64,000 bases of DNA from assembly GCA_965113315.1 (NCBI GenBank), contig OZ220367.1. One strand, given 5' to 3'. This document shows positions 25,331 to 38,199 of the stretch, piece after piece. The notes under the pieces are model-generated. The model was not told the DNA's origin. It ran no database searches and saw only the letters and a list, made by a program, of their open reading frames with translations. The DNA comes from Podarcis vaucheri. Its lineage: Eukaryota. Positions within the stretch are counted from its first letter, which is position 1, and every line of letters begins with the position of its first letter. The position numbers and the translations under genes were made by a program.

Positions 25331-25380
25331 AAAATTCATTTATTCTTAGCTAAATGCTTAGCTAAGAATAAATGAATTTT
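25331..25380. repeat. Perfect inverted repeat, 23-bp arms with a 4-nt spacer
   Basis: AAAATTCATTTATTCTTAGCTAA-ATGC-TTAGCTAAGAATAAATGAATTTT. Confidence 0.95.
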
Positions 25381-28300
25381 TAATACAGTTTTTAGAAACA
25401 CTTGTCACTGCTTCAGCATTTCCATTTAGTGAATAGGACTGATGTTGTTCTCAGCAGGGGGTGATATTTTAATGATGCAATGCTGCACTTCCTAGAAGAC
25501 AGACAAGCCTCATGAGGCAGATTATAGGACTAAAGAAACTCAGATCCCATTAAAAGCAGACAGCTCCAGACCATTTTTAAAATTAATTTTGTTTAATGAT
25601 AAAATGTGCTATAACAGGTGGGTAGCCAATTGTAAAATTAACCAAAACATAGTTAAAGGAACAGAAGAATGTTAGAAAAGCAAATACAATAATGCTCCCA
25701 CTACCAATTTACCAGATGCATCTGTGGAAATACTGGCACCTATCAATACTTCATTTTTGCTGTCTACAAAGCAGGTGCAGAGTCTACATTCCTTTAAGCT
25801 TAGACCATTTGTCCATCTAACTCAGCATTGTCTACACTGACTGGCAGCAGCTCTCCAGAGTTTCAGACAGAAATATCCCCCAGCCCTATCTGGAAATGCT
25901 GACGATTGAACCTAGGACCTTTTACCACTGCACCACAATCCTTCCTTGCTTTATCAAAGCCTGAAATGTTCAGAAACATTCACAGCAAGAAATATATTTG
26001 AATGAGTTGCCTTCAACAAAAGCTTGTTGCAAAGAGGCTTTTGCTTTTAGTTATCCATGGCTTCCCATTTCATCCAAACTGGGAGTCATGATTTAATATT
26101 AACTACGGCTGTTTCAAAACAAGCCACAGTTGGTGATGATGACCACAGTTCCCAGTCCAGACAAAATGGCAAATTACAGTAAACTAGAAATTGAAACAAA
26201 AGCTTCTGAACTCCTCCTCTTGAACATGTATGAAGATGAAAGGGGAGCAGGTGAATGTGTGATCCTGGAGGCAGTTAGGCTCATTCATCATAGTGCTAAA
26301 CCATGGTTTAGCATTATATCTGAATCTTGCACTGTGTCTTTCTCATCTCTATTTCCCCATAACTCCTATCTAGTCAAAAACTTAGCAGCTAGTATTGTTT
26401 TGATTTACTCCACTAACAAGAACTATAATTTAGCACTAACTACTCATGAGGAATTATAGTTCTGCTGGTTGGTGAGCAATTTGCCAAGGAAGACCAGTTT
26501 AGCCACTTAAAATAAATATCCACCTGCATATACTAGCACTAATCAGGGCGTGAAATTAAACTTTTTATTCAGTAGAAAATAACTGCTGCAAGGCGGCGAT
26601 TTAGTGGAAAGCAAATATTAAGGTCAACCTATTCTTCCCAGTGCCTACAGTAGATATGCTAGGAGAGAGGGCATGGAGCACCAAATTCCACTTTTCTAAG
26701 TCCATGAAGCTAAATACTTCAATGATGCGTTAGCAAATTTACCATTTGCTTTTACTAATTGCATATATTTAATGAAGCAAACAAAGCAAAAAGCTAAAAC
26801 AAAATGCTGTTAACTTGAACCCTCCACTCTCCTTGCATTGCCCCCTTAAGGAACTAAAGAACTGAGTCCATTTGTGCACCCCTAAAGCAACTAAAGAATT
26901 GAGTCACATCATGAAGACTCAAATCATTCATTTATGTACCAAACTCACAAAATATTTACTTCTCTTTCTCTCTTTTTTTAAAAAAGGCTAACACACAATG
27001 GTATCCATTGGTACAATGTGCACATCTCTTGAAAGGAACACTGATTCATCATGTGTGAAGTTCTTTGACCCCAAAGAATTTCCCTTCCACTGCAATAAAG
27101 AGAACTGGTCCTTGCACATGTGCTAAACAGCTCCCTCCTTTGAAAGAAATGCAGGGATATGGATTGAGGTGGCGGTTAACGTTGCCTTTCAAAAGAACAA
27201 ATGTTCAGTTATTGAATATAGAGTAGCATATGCTCATTAGATATTTGCAAAACAAGTAGTGATAGAGTGTGATGTTTATTCAAACCCAACTGTTAAAATT
27301 TATATTTACAGCCCACTCTTTCCCAAAAGCTTGGGGTGAATAACAAATTTAAAAACAAATCTGGAATTCCCATTAGAAGTAAAACAACAAAGTAAAAAGA
27401 CTTCCTTGCTCTGAGTACGTAAAATAATACTCCTCAAAATATGGTTTTTTAAAAATGAAAAAGCACGTAAGAGACAAGCCAGATGTTGTCTACAGAAAGA
27501 CAAATCTATTTTGGCTCACAGCAAAGTGTTACGACTACCAAGGGAACCCATTTGATCAACTCAGACATTTTGTATAGCTTAAGCCAGCCTTGTATTTAAC
27601 CACTCGCCTGGTCACCATGGATGGCAAGGAATTACATGCAGAAAAGTAGGCATGCAACACTTTTTGCTAGCCAGTTTTTTACATATAAGTGAGGATAGCA
27701 GAGGAGAGATTGAGTGCTCCATCCGCCAGTCCTTCTCATGACTACAAAACAGACTAGTAATTTTTTTTGCACACTAGTCATTTTTGTGGCCTTATTTACA
27801 AGGCTGGCTCAAGCTCTAAGAGTTATTTATGGCCCAATCCTTTCTGTTGCTGCATGAGCAAACAAGCAGGTGGAATCAGGCTCCACACCTCTCTACAAAG
27901 CAGTGCCTACACTATGAGCTGACTCAAGACATCAAGCCAACAGTGTGAATCAACCTAATTGTTGTAAACAGGCACCACGGTCAGGTGTGGTTTAGTGGCA
28001 GAGCACAAAGCCATTACTGAGCATGGGAAAGGGTTGAGAGGCATCAGAACTGGGAAGGACTGAAGGCAGCTTGCATGCTACTGTAAAACCCGTAACACAA
28101 CCAGCTACACTGGTGTAGTCCTACCCAACCAATACTCTGTAGTAACTGACGGGCAGCACAACAGGATGAACTTACCTCACTTCCATCACACAAGTGCAAG
28201 TTACATTTTTAAATGCTAATCTCTGAACTCACAGATACACATGTCTATAGGATCACCATGTCAGTCTATCAAGCTGACTTACTAAAGATCAGGTCATCAA

Positions 28301-29046
28301 CTCAAGCTGCAGTGCCAGTGTTTTCAGCGATGCAATGAGAAAGCTCTCTGCTTTGAAGTGGAAGCAAGAGAACATGGCACATTTCATAATTTGCACTAGC
28401 CAAGTCCCTGAAAGGAGACTCCATGTCTTCTACATGGGGTGGGGGAGAAATACTCTGCAACAGCGGCTATAAAGATGCTGTCCATGAACTGGTAAAGGAA
28501 AGAGATAATTTAATAATGAAAATAAAATAATAATCTAGCTAAACTCTGTTTAGATCACCAGGGTTTAAATCTCCTGAAATTTAAGTTTGTGAAGAGTTGG
28601 GTTTTTTTTGTTTTTTAGAATGATACCCTATAAGATTTAAGTGCTTTGGGTGAGGAATGAAGGGATGGCACAGAGTTAATGTCTTCTCATTCACTACCCA
28701 CAGCATAACTCTTTTGGCAAAAATGCAGAATATTCAAAAATGCCAAATTAAAAGTACCACAAGGAAAAAAGGGGTTAGAAATGAGTTGCAAAGGTATTTA
28801 ATTAGAACTCTATACTAATAAGGTTTAACTCCATGCACTGGTAATTAGATTAAGCTGAAGTGGTTGCTAGTCCATTCATGAAAACAGATGTTGCTTCACA
28901 GAACCTTGATATCTTTCTTAAATACCTTTGAAAACAAGGATCAGAAAATATGAACTCTTATAAAAGGGGCTTTATTGTATTTTTATAGCATATTACATAC
29001 CTTGTAAGAATCAGTTTGTTAAGTGTGAATGTCAGTTTTATTCTCT

Positions 29047-29196
29047 NNNNNNNNNNNNNNNNNNNNNNNNNNNNNNNNNNNNNNNNNNNNNNNNNNNNNN
29101 NNNNNNNNNNNNNNNNNNNNNNNNNNNNNNNNNNNNNNNNNNNNNNNNNNNNNNNNNNNNNNNNNNNNNNNNNNNNNNNNNNNNNNNNNNNNNNNN
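29047..29196. other. Assembly gap (150 N)
   Basis: Run of N. Confidence 0.99.
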
Positions 29197-29936
29197 AAGA
29201 ATGCCACTTTAAACAAAGATTTCTCATTTTAATTAAAAAGATAATCATCAGAACATTCCTACATTTAACAGAACCATTTGAAGCTACTTTGGGTGGGGGG
29301 AAGCCTTCTTTTTGATGCAGGCATATGTAGTGTAGTTTAGATGATATTTAATCAAAGTCCCAGCCAAGGCTATTCTATTGTGTTTTTAAGGACTGTATCT
29401 GCAATTTTAGTAGTTTAGTCAAATACATACATTGCTTATTAAACTCATCCATTGTATGCTTGCAAATGGTTGCAACATAATCCAAAACTAATTTAAAGAA
29501 TCATCTTGGGTTTTGTGGATTTCCTAAATTAAAGACTTCAAACAGAACATTTGATTCCAATATAACAGTAGTATACACCATGCAAGCCACAGACTTGGTT
29601 TACAGCCCACATTTTGGAGGCGGCAGCTTTTCTATATTGATAAGCATCCATTGTTTGGAGATGCAAAAAGCTAGCAAAGCTTTAGGCAACTGGTACACAC
29701 ATAACACTTACTCTCCCTTATTCAGTTTCCCCTGAAAGAAGTATCAGTCTGACTTGGTTCACATGTCATGCTAACCCAAACCATGGCTTATTGTGACCAC
29801 ACAAGCCCTCAGAAAGAAGCTCAAAGCCATTTTGCTCCTCCCCAGTCATTCTGGATGCTGCACCATGGTTTGGCTTAGTGTGTCATCCAAACCTGGGCTC
29901 ATGATTTAACTTTCTCAGATTAACCATGAGCTATAA

Positions 29937-31184
29937 CCGTGAGAACTGTTTCCTAGTTCTGCTGGATCTCTCAGCGGCGTTTGATACCATCGACCATAAC
30001 ATCCTTCTGGACCGTCTTGAGGGGCTGGGAGCTGGGGGTACTGTCATACAGTGGTTCCGCTCCTTCCTCCTGGGCCGTGTTCAGAAAGTGGTGGTGGGGG
30101 ATGAGTGTTCAGACCCCTGGGCTCTCACTTGTGGGGTGCCTCAGGGTTCTGTCCTCTCCCCTATGCTTTTCAACATCTACATGCAGCCGCTGGGAGAGAT
30201 CATCAGGGGGTTTGGGCTGGGTGTTCATCAGTATGCAGATGATACCCAGCTCTACCTCTCTTTCAAATCAGAACCAGTGAAGGCGGTGACGGTCCTGTGT
30301 GAGTGTCTGGAGGCGGTTGGAGGATGGATGGCGGCAAACAGATTGAGATTGAATCCTGACAAGACAGAAGTACTGTTTCTGGGGGACAGGAGGTGGGCAG
30401 GTATGGAGGATTCCCTGGTCCTGAATGGGGTAACTCTGCCCCTGAAGGACCAGGTGCGCAGCCTGGGAGTCATTTTGGACTCACAGCTGTCCATGGAGGC
30501 ACAGGTTAAATCCGTGTCCGGGGCAGCTGTGTACCAGCTCCATCTGGTACGTAGGCTGAGACCCTATCTGCCTGCGGACTGCCTCACCAGAGTGGTGCAT
30601 GCTCTGGTTATCTCCCGCTTGGACTACTGCAATGCGCTCTACGTGGAGCTACCTTTGAAGGTGACCCAGAAACTACAACTAATCCAGAATGCAGCAGCCA
30701 GACTGGTGACTGGGAGCAGCCGCCGAGACCATATAACACCGGTCTTGAAAGACCTACATTGGCTCCCAGTACGTTTCCGAGCACAATTCAAAGTGTTGGT
30801 GCTGACCTTTAAAGCCCTAAACGGCCTCGGTCCAGTATACCTGAAGGAGCGTCTCCACCCCCATCGTTCTACCCGGACACTGAGGTCTAGCACCGAGGGC
30901 CTTCTGGCGGTTCCCTCACTGCGAGAAGCCAAGTTACAGGGAACCAGGCAGAGGGCCTTCTCGGTAGTGGTGCCCTCCCTGTGGAACGCCCTCCCACCAG
31001 ATGTCAAAGAGAACAACAACTATGAGACTTTTAGAAGACATCTGAAGGCAGCCCTGTTTAGGGAAGCTTTTAATATTTGATGTATCACAGTATTTTAATA
31101 TTCTTTTGAAAGCCGCCCAGAGTGGCTGGGGAAACCCAGCCAGATGGGCGGGGTATAAATGATAAATTATTATTATTATTATTA
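29937..31184 (+). mobile_element. Young 5'-truncated L2-clade LINE (3' part of reverse transcriptase plus C-terminus and 3' UTR), antisense within BTRC intron 1
   Basis: ORF 29926-31080 has LLDLSAAFDTIDH, GVPQGSVLSP, YADDTQLY, LNPDKTE, SRLDYCN and HWLP motifs with no stop codons. It has a 3' stem-loop, a (TAT)n tail and a probable TSD CTATAA (29931-29936 / 31185-31190). Confidence 0.92.
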
Positions 31185-31590
31185 CTATAAACCTTGAATG
31201 CAGCTTGTGGTTAGTCTGGAGAGAGGAGGAGAGTTCTGATGACCAGAAAACCGCAAAAGAGAGCTTTCTTGTGGTTGTTTGTGGAGCAATGTAAATTGTG
31301 TGGGTATTATTACAATCTATTGTAAGCCGCCTTGAGGATCATTCAAAAAGCAGGGTAGAAATCGTCTATATAAAAAAGTGGACTCAGGATGCTGCAAGAC
31401 CATGCGGTATAGGAATGGAAACTATGACTGACTTTTCTTACCAACCCAAAATGTTTATTCTGCTTAATATTGAGCATCAACACTACATCCTCAGGGAGTA
31501 AATATGTACTCATTTTCCAGGTAGTTTTAGTAATTTCATAGTGTGCATTGGAATGATTTCAGACTAATAATGCCCTTGGTTATCGCTATT

Positions 31591-31664
31591 TCCTGTGGCG
31601 CACTGGTCGGGACCCACTACTGGGCCCACTCCTGTGGTGCACTGGCCGGGACCCACTACTGGGC
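31591..31664. repeat. Tandem duplication, 39-bp period
   Basis: TCCTGTGG(C/T)GCACTGG(T/C)CGGGACCCACTACTGGGC occurs twice. Confidence 0.9.
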
Positions 31665-31822
31665 TGTGGTATGATCAAAAGTGGATTGCAGTAGTAGCAC
31701 TACCACCATGCAGATATATATCATGAACAATTAAGAAATAGGGCCCAAATCTCTCCTTGGGTTAAACATGGGTCCCTGGTCTGAAAAAGCTAAAGACTAG
31801 TCCTGTAGCATAATTTCAACTA

Positions 31823-32176
31823 CAGTGGTGCCCCGCAAGATGCATGCCTCGCAAGACGGAAAACCCGCTAGACGAAAGGGTTTTCCGTTTTTGAGCTGCT
31901 TCGCAAGACGATTTTCCCTATGGGCTTGCTTTGCAAGACGAAAACGTCTTGCGAGTGTTCCGATTTTTTTTGCTCCCCCCCCTTTTTCTAAGCCGCTAAG
32001 CCACTAATAGCCTTTTAGCCGCTAATCCACTAAGCCTTTAATAGCCGCTAAGCCTTTAATAGCCGCTAAACCGCTAATAGCGCTAATCCGCTAAGGGGGT
32101 TGCTTCGCAAGACGAAAAAACCGCTAGACGAAGAGACTCGCGGAACGGATTAATTTTGTCTTGCGAGGCACCACTG
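31823..32176. mobile_element. Tc1/mariner MITE, same family as 11923-12152 in opposite orientation, with internal (AGCCGCTA)-like repeats
   Basis: TA|CAGTGGTGCCCCGCAAGA ... TCTTGCGAGGCACCACTG|TA. Confidence 0.88.
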
Positions 32177-32528
32177 TACTCAGCTGCAGAATCTAAAAGA
32201 CAAATTTGTTGTAGTAAAAAAGCAACAACAAAAAACCCAAAAAATTAACCAAAGGGTGAACTTAATTTTACCACTACAACAACAGATTTGTGGCTATGAT
32301 GTTTTCAGAAGGTTCTGAAGAACAGTGTTTGTCTTATGAAAGGCTGAAACGGAACACATTTTATGGAAGACAGAGTTCCCAAAGGTCTACACATAGAATG
32401 CAAGGGTGCAAAGTTACAATTTTAGACATTCAGACATTATCAAAGAACTTTTGTTCTCTCTCCTATGGGACAGAATATCCTAAGGAGAAACTAATACAAC
32501 TGGGAAGTTTGGGACCAGTGGCCTATGG

Positions 32529-32829
32529 CAGTGTTTTTCAACCTTTTTTGGGCAAAGGCGCACTTGTTTCATGAAAAAAATCACGAGGCACACCACCACT
32601 GTGTGCAGAGAGGGAGATGTCAGAGCCCCGCTGCTCTCTATGGGGAATCGGATGAGAGCGGACCCCCTGTCCGCTCTCATCCGATCCCATCCGATCTGAT
32701 CCCCACCTAGGACGGATGGAAAATAGGGTGGACACAGTCCGGCGCCCGCCTAGTGGGCAAAAATTTGACTTTTTTTAAAAAAAAAAAATCTTTAGAATTT
32801 TCCCCGCGGCACACTAGTGAAAAACACTG
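32529..32829. mobile_element. hAT-type MITE
   Basis: Perfect TIR CAGTGTTTTTCA/TGAAAAACACTG with an 8-bp TSD GCCTATGG (32521-32528, 32830-32837). Confidence 0.9.
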
Positions 32830-35800
32830 GCCTATGGCATCTATTATCCCTTTCCTATTCAATGTGCAAAATACATCCAATGTTTCATAAAGTCCAGTAA
32901 TCTGAAGCAAAAGTATAAATCTTATCTATTATGCAATCTAAGAATTAGCAAAGCTAGTTAATACACCCGTTGTGTTAACTTTAATATATATATATATATA
33001 AACTTTTCACCAAATAGGTATCAAAGTGGCTTACAACAATAAAAATATACAATTCAGCTCAATTTTGAGTGATCCCTCAAACCAACATCTAGATCAGGGT
33101 AGCCAATGTGGTGTCCTCCAGATGTTGTTAAACTACAATTCCCACCACCCCTGGCCTTTGGCTATGCTAGCTGCAGCTGATGGGAATTGGTGGCCTCCAG
33201 ATGTTGTTGGACTACAGATCTAGTCAGTCACGGACTGGTGGAGGGACAAAGAAACTGGAGGTGAATCACTACAAGACAAAAGGGTGTTGATCTTATATAT
33301 GAGGAAAGGGGAAACCAGTGGACCCTTCTACTGTTGTCAGTCTACAATTCCCATTAGCCACAGCATGGATGATGAAAGGGAAGGGAAGATACTGTTGTAG
33401 CCCAATATCATGAGAAGGGGGCAAGAGGTTCTACACACTGCTTATAGACAACTTCATAAAGGATAAGGCTATCCGTGACTATAAGTGCGTACTACTTCCA
33501 AGATCAGAGGTAGCATGCCTCCAAATAGCAATTACTGGGGAACAACAGCAGGAGAGAATGCTATGGTTCTTGTGTTCTGTTTCAGAGTTTTCCAAAGGAA
33601 TCTGTTGGCCACAGTAGGAAACGGCATGCTGGATAAACAGATCTTCAGTATGATCTGGCAGAACGCGTCTTACATTATTATGGTTTGCAGACCTCTGAAT
33701 TCCGGGACCCTTCACTGTTGTGTCTGAATTCTCAAATGGCAGCAGTGGCTAGGACTGCCTTTGTTCACTTTGGCTGGCAAAGGACTCTTGAACTCACCTT
33801 GTAGCTATTATTAACATACAGTATTGGTATTTCCCGACAGGATTATGCAAACACACTTTGCATGAAACTGCCTTTAAAAAATGCATAGAATCTTCAGTCA
33901 ATGCAGAATTCTATGGCTTGCCTCTTTATGGAGTAAGGACCAAAATAAGCATTTAACAGCAATTTTAGCTCACCTGCACCTGCCTCCAGCACTGATTATT
34001 ACTTTTAAACTCCAATCCTTTAAAGACATACCTAGATATAAGCACTGCTAATCACAATAAGACTTACTTCTGAGTAAACATGCAAAACATTGGGTTTTTT
34101 TATAGTCTGCCAGGCCAGTGCATATCTTTGATTGTCTAACACTCCTAAGAACACGTTCTACCACATATACCTTCCCATCCCTTCAAATTAGAGGATCATT
34201 GTATCAAATTTTATTTTGCCTTTAAGTCACTTTATGTGCTCCTTTACTGGAGCAGAAACATATATAATAAATGAATAAATAATGTTTACTACCTTTTGAA
34301 AGGCAGCATATCTTTTGCCCAAGCTTTCCCTGGCTCATAAAATTATACCATGTTATTAATGAAATTCTATTTTACCTGTTTTTATAATACTATTTATGTT
34401 TGCATCTCCATTTTTATGACACTGTTTTATTGTTTTTATGTTGCAATCTTGTATGCTGCTTAAGAGGTTTTTAAATATCAAGTGGTTTAGAAATGCTTTG
34501 AAATAAATAAATAAATAAATAAATTACTACTCATGTCACCAAAGCTTCACTACATATTTAATTAAATAAATGCAGGGTTAATCAAATTCTATGATGCTGC
34601 TGAATCCAGATTTCTGCATTACAGAAGTCATTAATCTATAATATCCAGGCTTTAGCAAACATGACCAGTTACTTCAAATGTTATTTATTATTTTTTAGAT
34701 TTTAAATTTACTAAATGCTATTTATACTGCCCTTCGTTCGAGGATCGCAGGGCGGTTTACAATATAAAAACACAAAAATACACAACATAGTAACAAACAA
34801 AAACAATAACCCTGCTTGAGGAGGTTAGGAGACATTTTTTATTACTAGTCAGTGCCAATGAAGTTGGTATTAAGCACTTGCTTGAATGGGTGTTGTTACT
34901 CTTCAGCAAAGTCAGCTAGGCTTAAGAGGAAAGTAAAAAGAAGGTTGAACTAAGCATAACTCTTCACCTCACTACAGCTATTCTCTTCTAGCTGAATCTG
35001 AAGATTGTTCTCCATTTCAGTGTTCTAAAAATACTGTCAAGGCTATGTCCAATTTATGGGCCAACACAGATGAAATTCAAGGCCCCCTTCTGTTTAACAG
35101 GCAAGAAAGTAGAGAGTAAGGGGGTAACTTATTCACCACCCTCTTTCTTAAAAGAAGCTGACATACATATCATCAGATCTAGAGTAAAAGGGAAAGCTGG
35201 AAGGGGATTATCCATCCACCCAAAGCACACCAGTTCCCAGAGCCTTAAGAGACTGTGAGAGAATGCCCTGGGGCAACATGTTAGAACTTGGGTCTGACAG
35301 GGCCAGGGGAAACAATGGGAGCATCCCTGTTCCAGCTAGATCACACCAACTTGGGGTCCCAATTGGGGACTGACTTGTGACAATGCTCATGAGTAGGTCA
35401 CCATCTGCACCTGCTCCTTCCACATCCCATTGATTATGAACAAGAATGTGAGCCCAAAAGAGGAGCTGGTCTCAGAGTTGGAAGAATCTATTATCCCCTC
35501 CTACATTTGCTCACTCTGAGTGAATGGCAGAGATAGTCACAACGTCCATAGTCACTGATCAGTTGTTCCACCAAATGAAAAATTGTTGGAGAATTTCTTC
35601 CCCATTAATGAAGGATAAGAAGAATCAGGGTCCCCAAAAACCACCTCTTGTGTTCAGAGACATCCAGCAGGAGAAGCCTGTTCTGTATGATTTGGGTGGG
35701 GCACTAGGGTGAAGGAGAGAGGGGAAATACTGCTGCTTTGAGGGAAGGGGAGGGGGAAGGAATTGGCTGTGCTCCCAGCTGTAACTTGGGAATAGCAGAG

Positions 35801-36869
35801 AGACCCTTCTCTCTTTTCAAAAACAGAACCACCACATACCTGAAACTGAGAAGGTTCTCTCCTACAGATGAGAAGTCAGGTTTTGCTACCCCTGCTTTCT
35901 GTTGGTGTTAACCCTTTGTTGCCTGCTCTCCAGCTATTTGAATAAGAAGTGCTTTTTCTAATTATTATTGAAAGTAGATGTTAAAAAAAGACCAAGAGTG
36001 CAATCAGATGACAAGAAACCGCATCATAGTCCCCTATAAATCCAATCACATAAATACTGTTCCAGAGGTAAAGCAAGTCATGTGTAGCAGTTGATGGCAC
36101 AAAACTGCAATGACAGTATGTTGTGAATCAAGATATTCTGTATGGTGAGCAACCAAATGCTTCTTAGGTCAAGTACCAAATGGTAGCTGTAGATAATATT
36201 CTTTAGTAAATGAATAAATATTAAATAGATTAGCCACTGGTTATCAATTATTATCCAATAATAATCAAGCAATTAAAGCTTTACTTTTGGAAAAATTGAA
36301 GAACTGAGAGAATTTTGCGAACTGCAGAAAGTATTGTTTTTCAAAACAATCCAGTTCCGCCCAGACATTTTACAGCACCCTAAGCCAGATCACCTTCCCA
36401 CAGCAAAAGCAATACTCAGTCGGCACTTATGAGCTGTGCCATCTTTTGTAAATAAACATTATTGACCCTAGGGCTGAGTACCTCTGAGCATATGCTGACT
36501 TCATTGTCCCCCAAGAGGAATGAATAATTTCAAAAAATAATGGATGTGAGGGGGAAATGTTTCTTGGCATATCTAGGATGGAAAAAAACTAATATTCCAT
36601 GTCTTGCCTTCAACTTGCCTACTTAAAGTGCTATAAAAAATGGACCTTCATGTGTTGCTTGCATGGAGCCAAGCAGTCATTCAACTGAAGGCATGAGTTC
36701 TCTACTATCTGGGGGTTCTGCTTTGGACAGATCTATGAGACCACTACAAAGCCTTGTGAAATGCATCATGCAAGATGATGTCAGCCACCACCTTGTTTTG
36801 TCTCTTAAGGGTCAAAGCTGCCTGAAGCAGCATGTGTTGGCATTTGCAGCACAAAGCTTTTACATGAGA

Positions 36870-36980
36870 CTCTTATGGGTCATGGGTTCAAGCCCCATGT
36901 TGGGCAAAAGAATCCTGCATTGCAGGGAGCTGGACTAGGTGACCTATGTGGCCGCTCTCCACTTGCAGTTCTATGATTCT
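36870..36980 (+). mobile_element. Short SINE with CR1-type tail (related copy ~55430-55515)
   Basis: GGGTTCAAGCCCC B box, then GGACTAG ... TTCTATGATTCT CR1 terminal motif. Confidence 0.65.
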
Positions 36981-38199
36981 GTGTTTGCTAGACTACCAGC
37001 CCCACATCTTTTTTGTGTACACTATGACAATACTCTTGCACATTGAAGTTCAAAAACAGCCTAGCTGGAATCTTTCCTGACTTGGCATTCCAAACTGTAG
37101 TATCTAGGCAATATGGTAAAATTCTAGTCTAGATAAGTATTAGTTTGATAACTTTGTGTTTCCTTCCTAATCCTTGTGCTGCTGTTCCTCTTCAGAGGCT
37201 GAAAAGGATAGATGGTCTCTAGAAAGGCCCCCTGACCCCAGTAGAGCTGGGGAAAGAAAGCCTTCATTTCTGCATTTGCTATAAGATGACACCATGATGA
37301 ACTAATTCTATATAGAAGTCATAAACTCCTTTGTATATCTGACAAGATTAAACCACTATAAAATAATAAGCAGTCACCTGATCTTCATATAAACCTACCA
37401 GGCCTAAATGGGTAATGCTTGGTCACCTTTCAACTGTATAGTAGAAACAGAGTTAGTTTGAAATCCCTCCCATAAACAGGCCCCACCTTTACTGCAATGT
37501 AATGTTTCAAACCCTCTGGCACTCAATTTACTAATGGAAGCCTCCATGTAATAATTCACTTTGGAAACTGAATTCTCCAGGACCCTTCCCACTACCTCCC
37601 AGCTTACTTCATACTTTTGTGACAAGACCTGCATTCTTCAAAAGTGACCCAACATAGCTAACCTTGCTAGCAAAGTCTGCCTTTGAAACCAAAACACTAA
37701 GCCTACCCCAGGCCTCTTCAAGAACACCTAGGTGCCCACCTACCACCATCCCTTAAAAAAGAAACAAAAAAACCCCCAATCTGGTCCAGCTTTCCTAAAC
37801 CCTCCATCTTTTCCATCAGTCCCTCTATACAGGCCTTCCTTTCAGCGTTCCTTAAGTGTGTCCCCAAGCCTCACAATCTTTCCTCTCCTCAAAAATTCAG
37901 CCGCATTCTTAAGCCCTCCGTTACCCTAATCCCTCGGGTTTGTTTTTTAAAAAAAGCATCCTCTCTCTTTCGATATCAACCCCACATAACAGAAGCTCAC
38001 ACCTTAAAAAACAACACACACACACACACACCAAAAGACCCACCCCGAAAAGGAAAGGTATGACTGGCCTGCCCCTCTTTCCTCCCCATACATCCCGCAG
38101 AATCCTCAGCTCTCAAAATGTATGCCTTCCCTGGTCCTCCCAGTTACCTAAACCCATTTCGCAGATATTCTGGGGTTGCCAGCGGGTTCCATATACACC

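Noticed and set aside
28958-29315. ORFs spanning N-runs (also 43775-44131)
   Set aside because: They are artefacts of assembly gaps.
29926-31080. 384-aa RT ORF as a host gene, retron or other novel RT system
   Set aside because: It has typical L2 motifs, 5' truncation, a 3' tail, a probable TSD and decayed paralogs in the same window.
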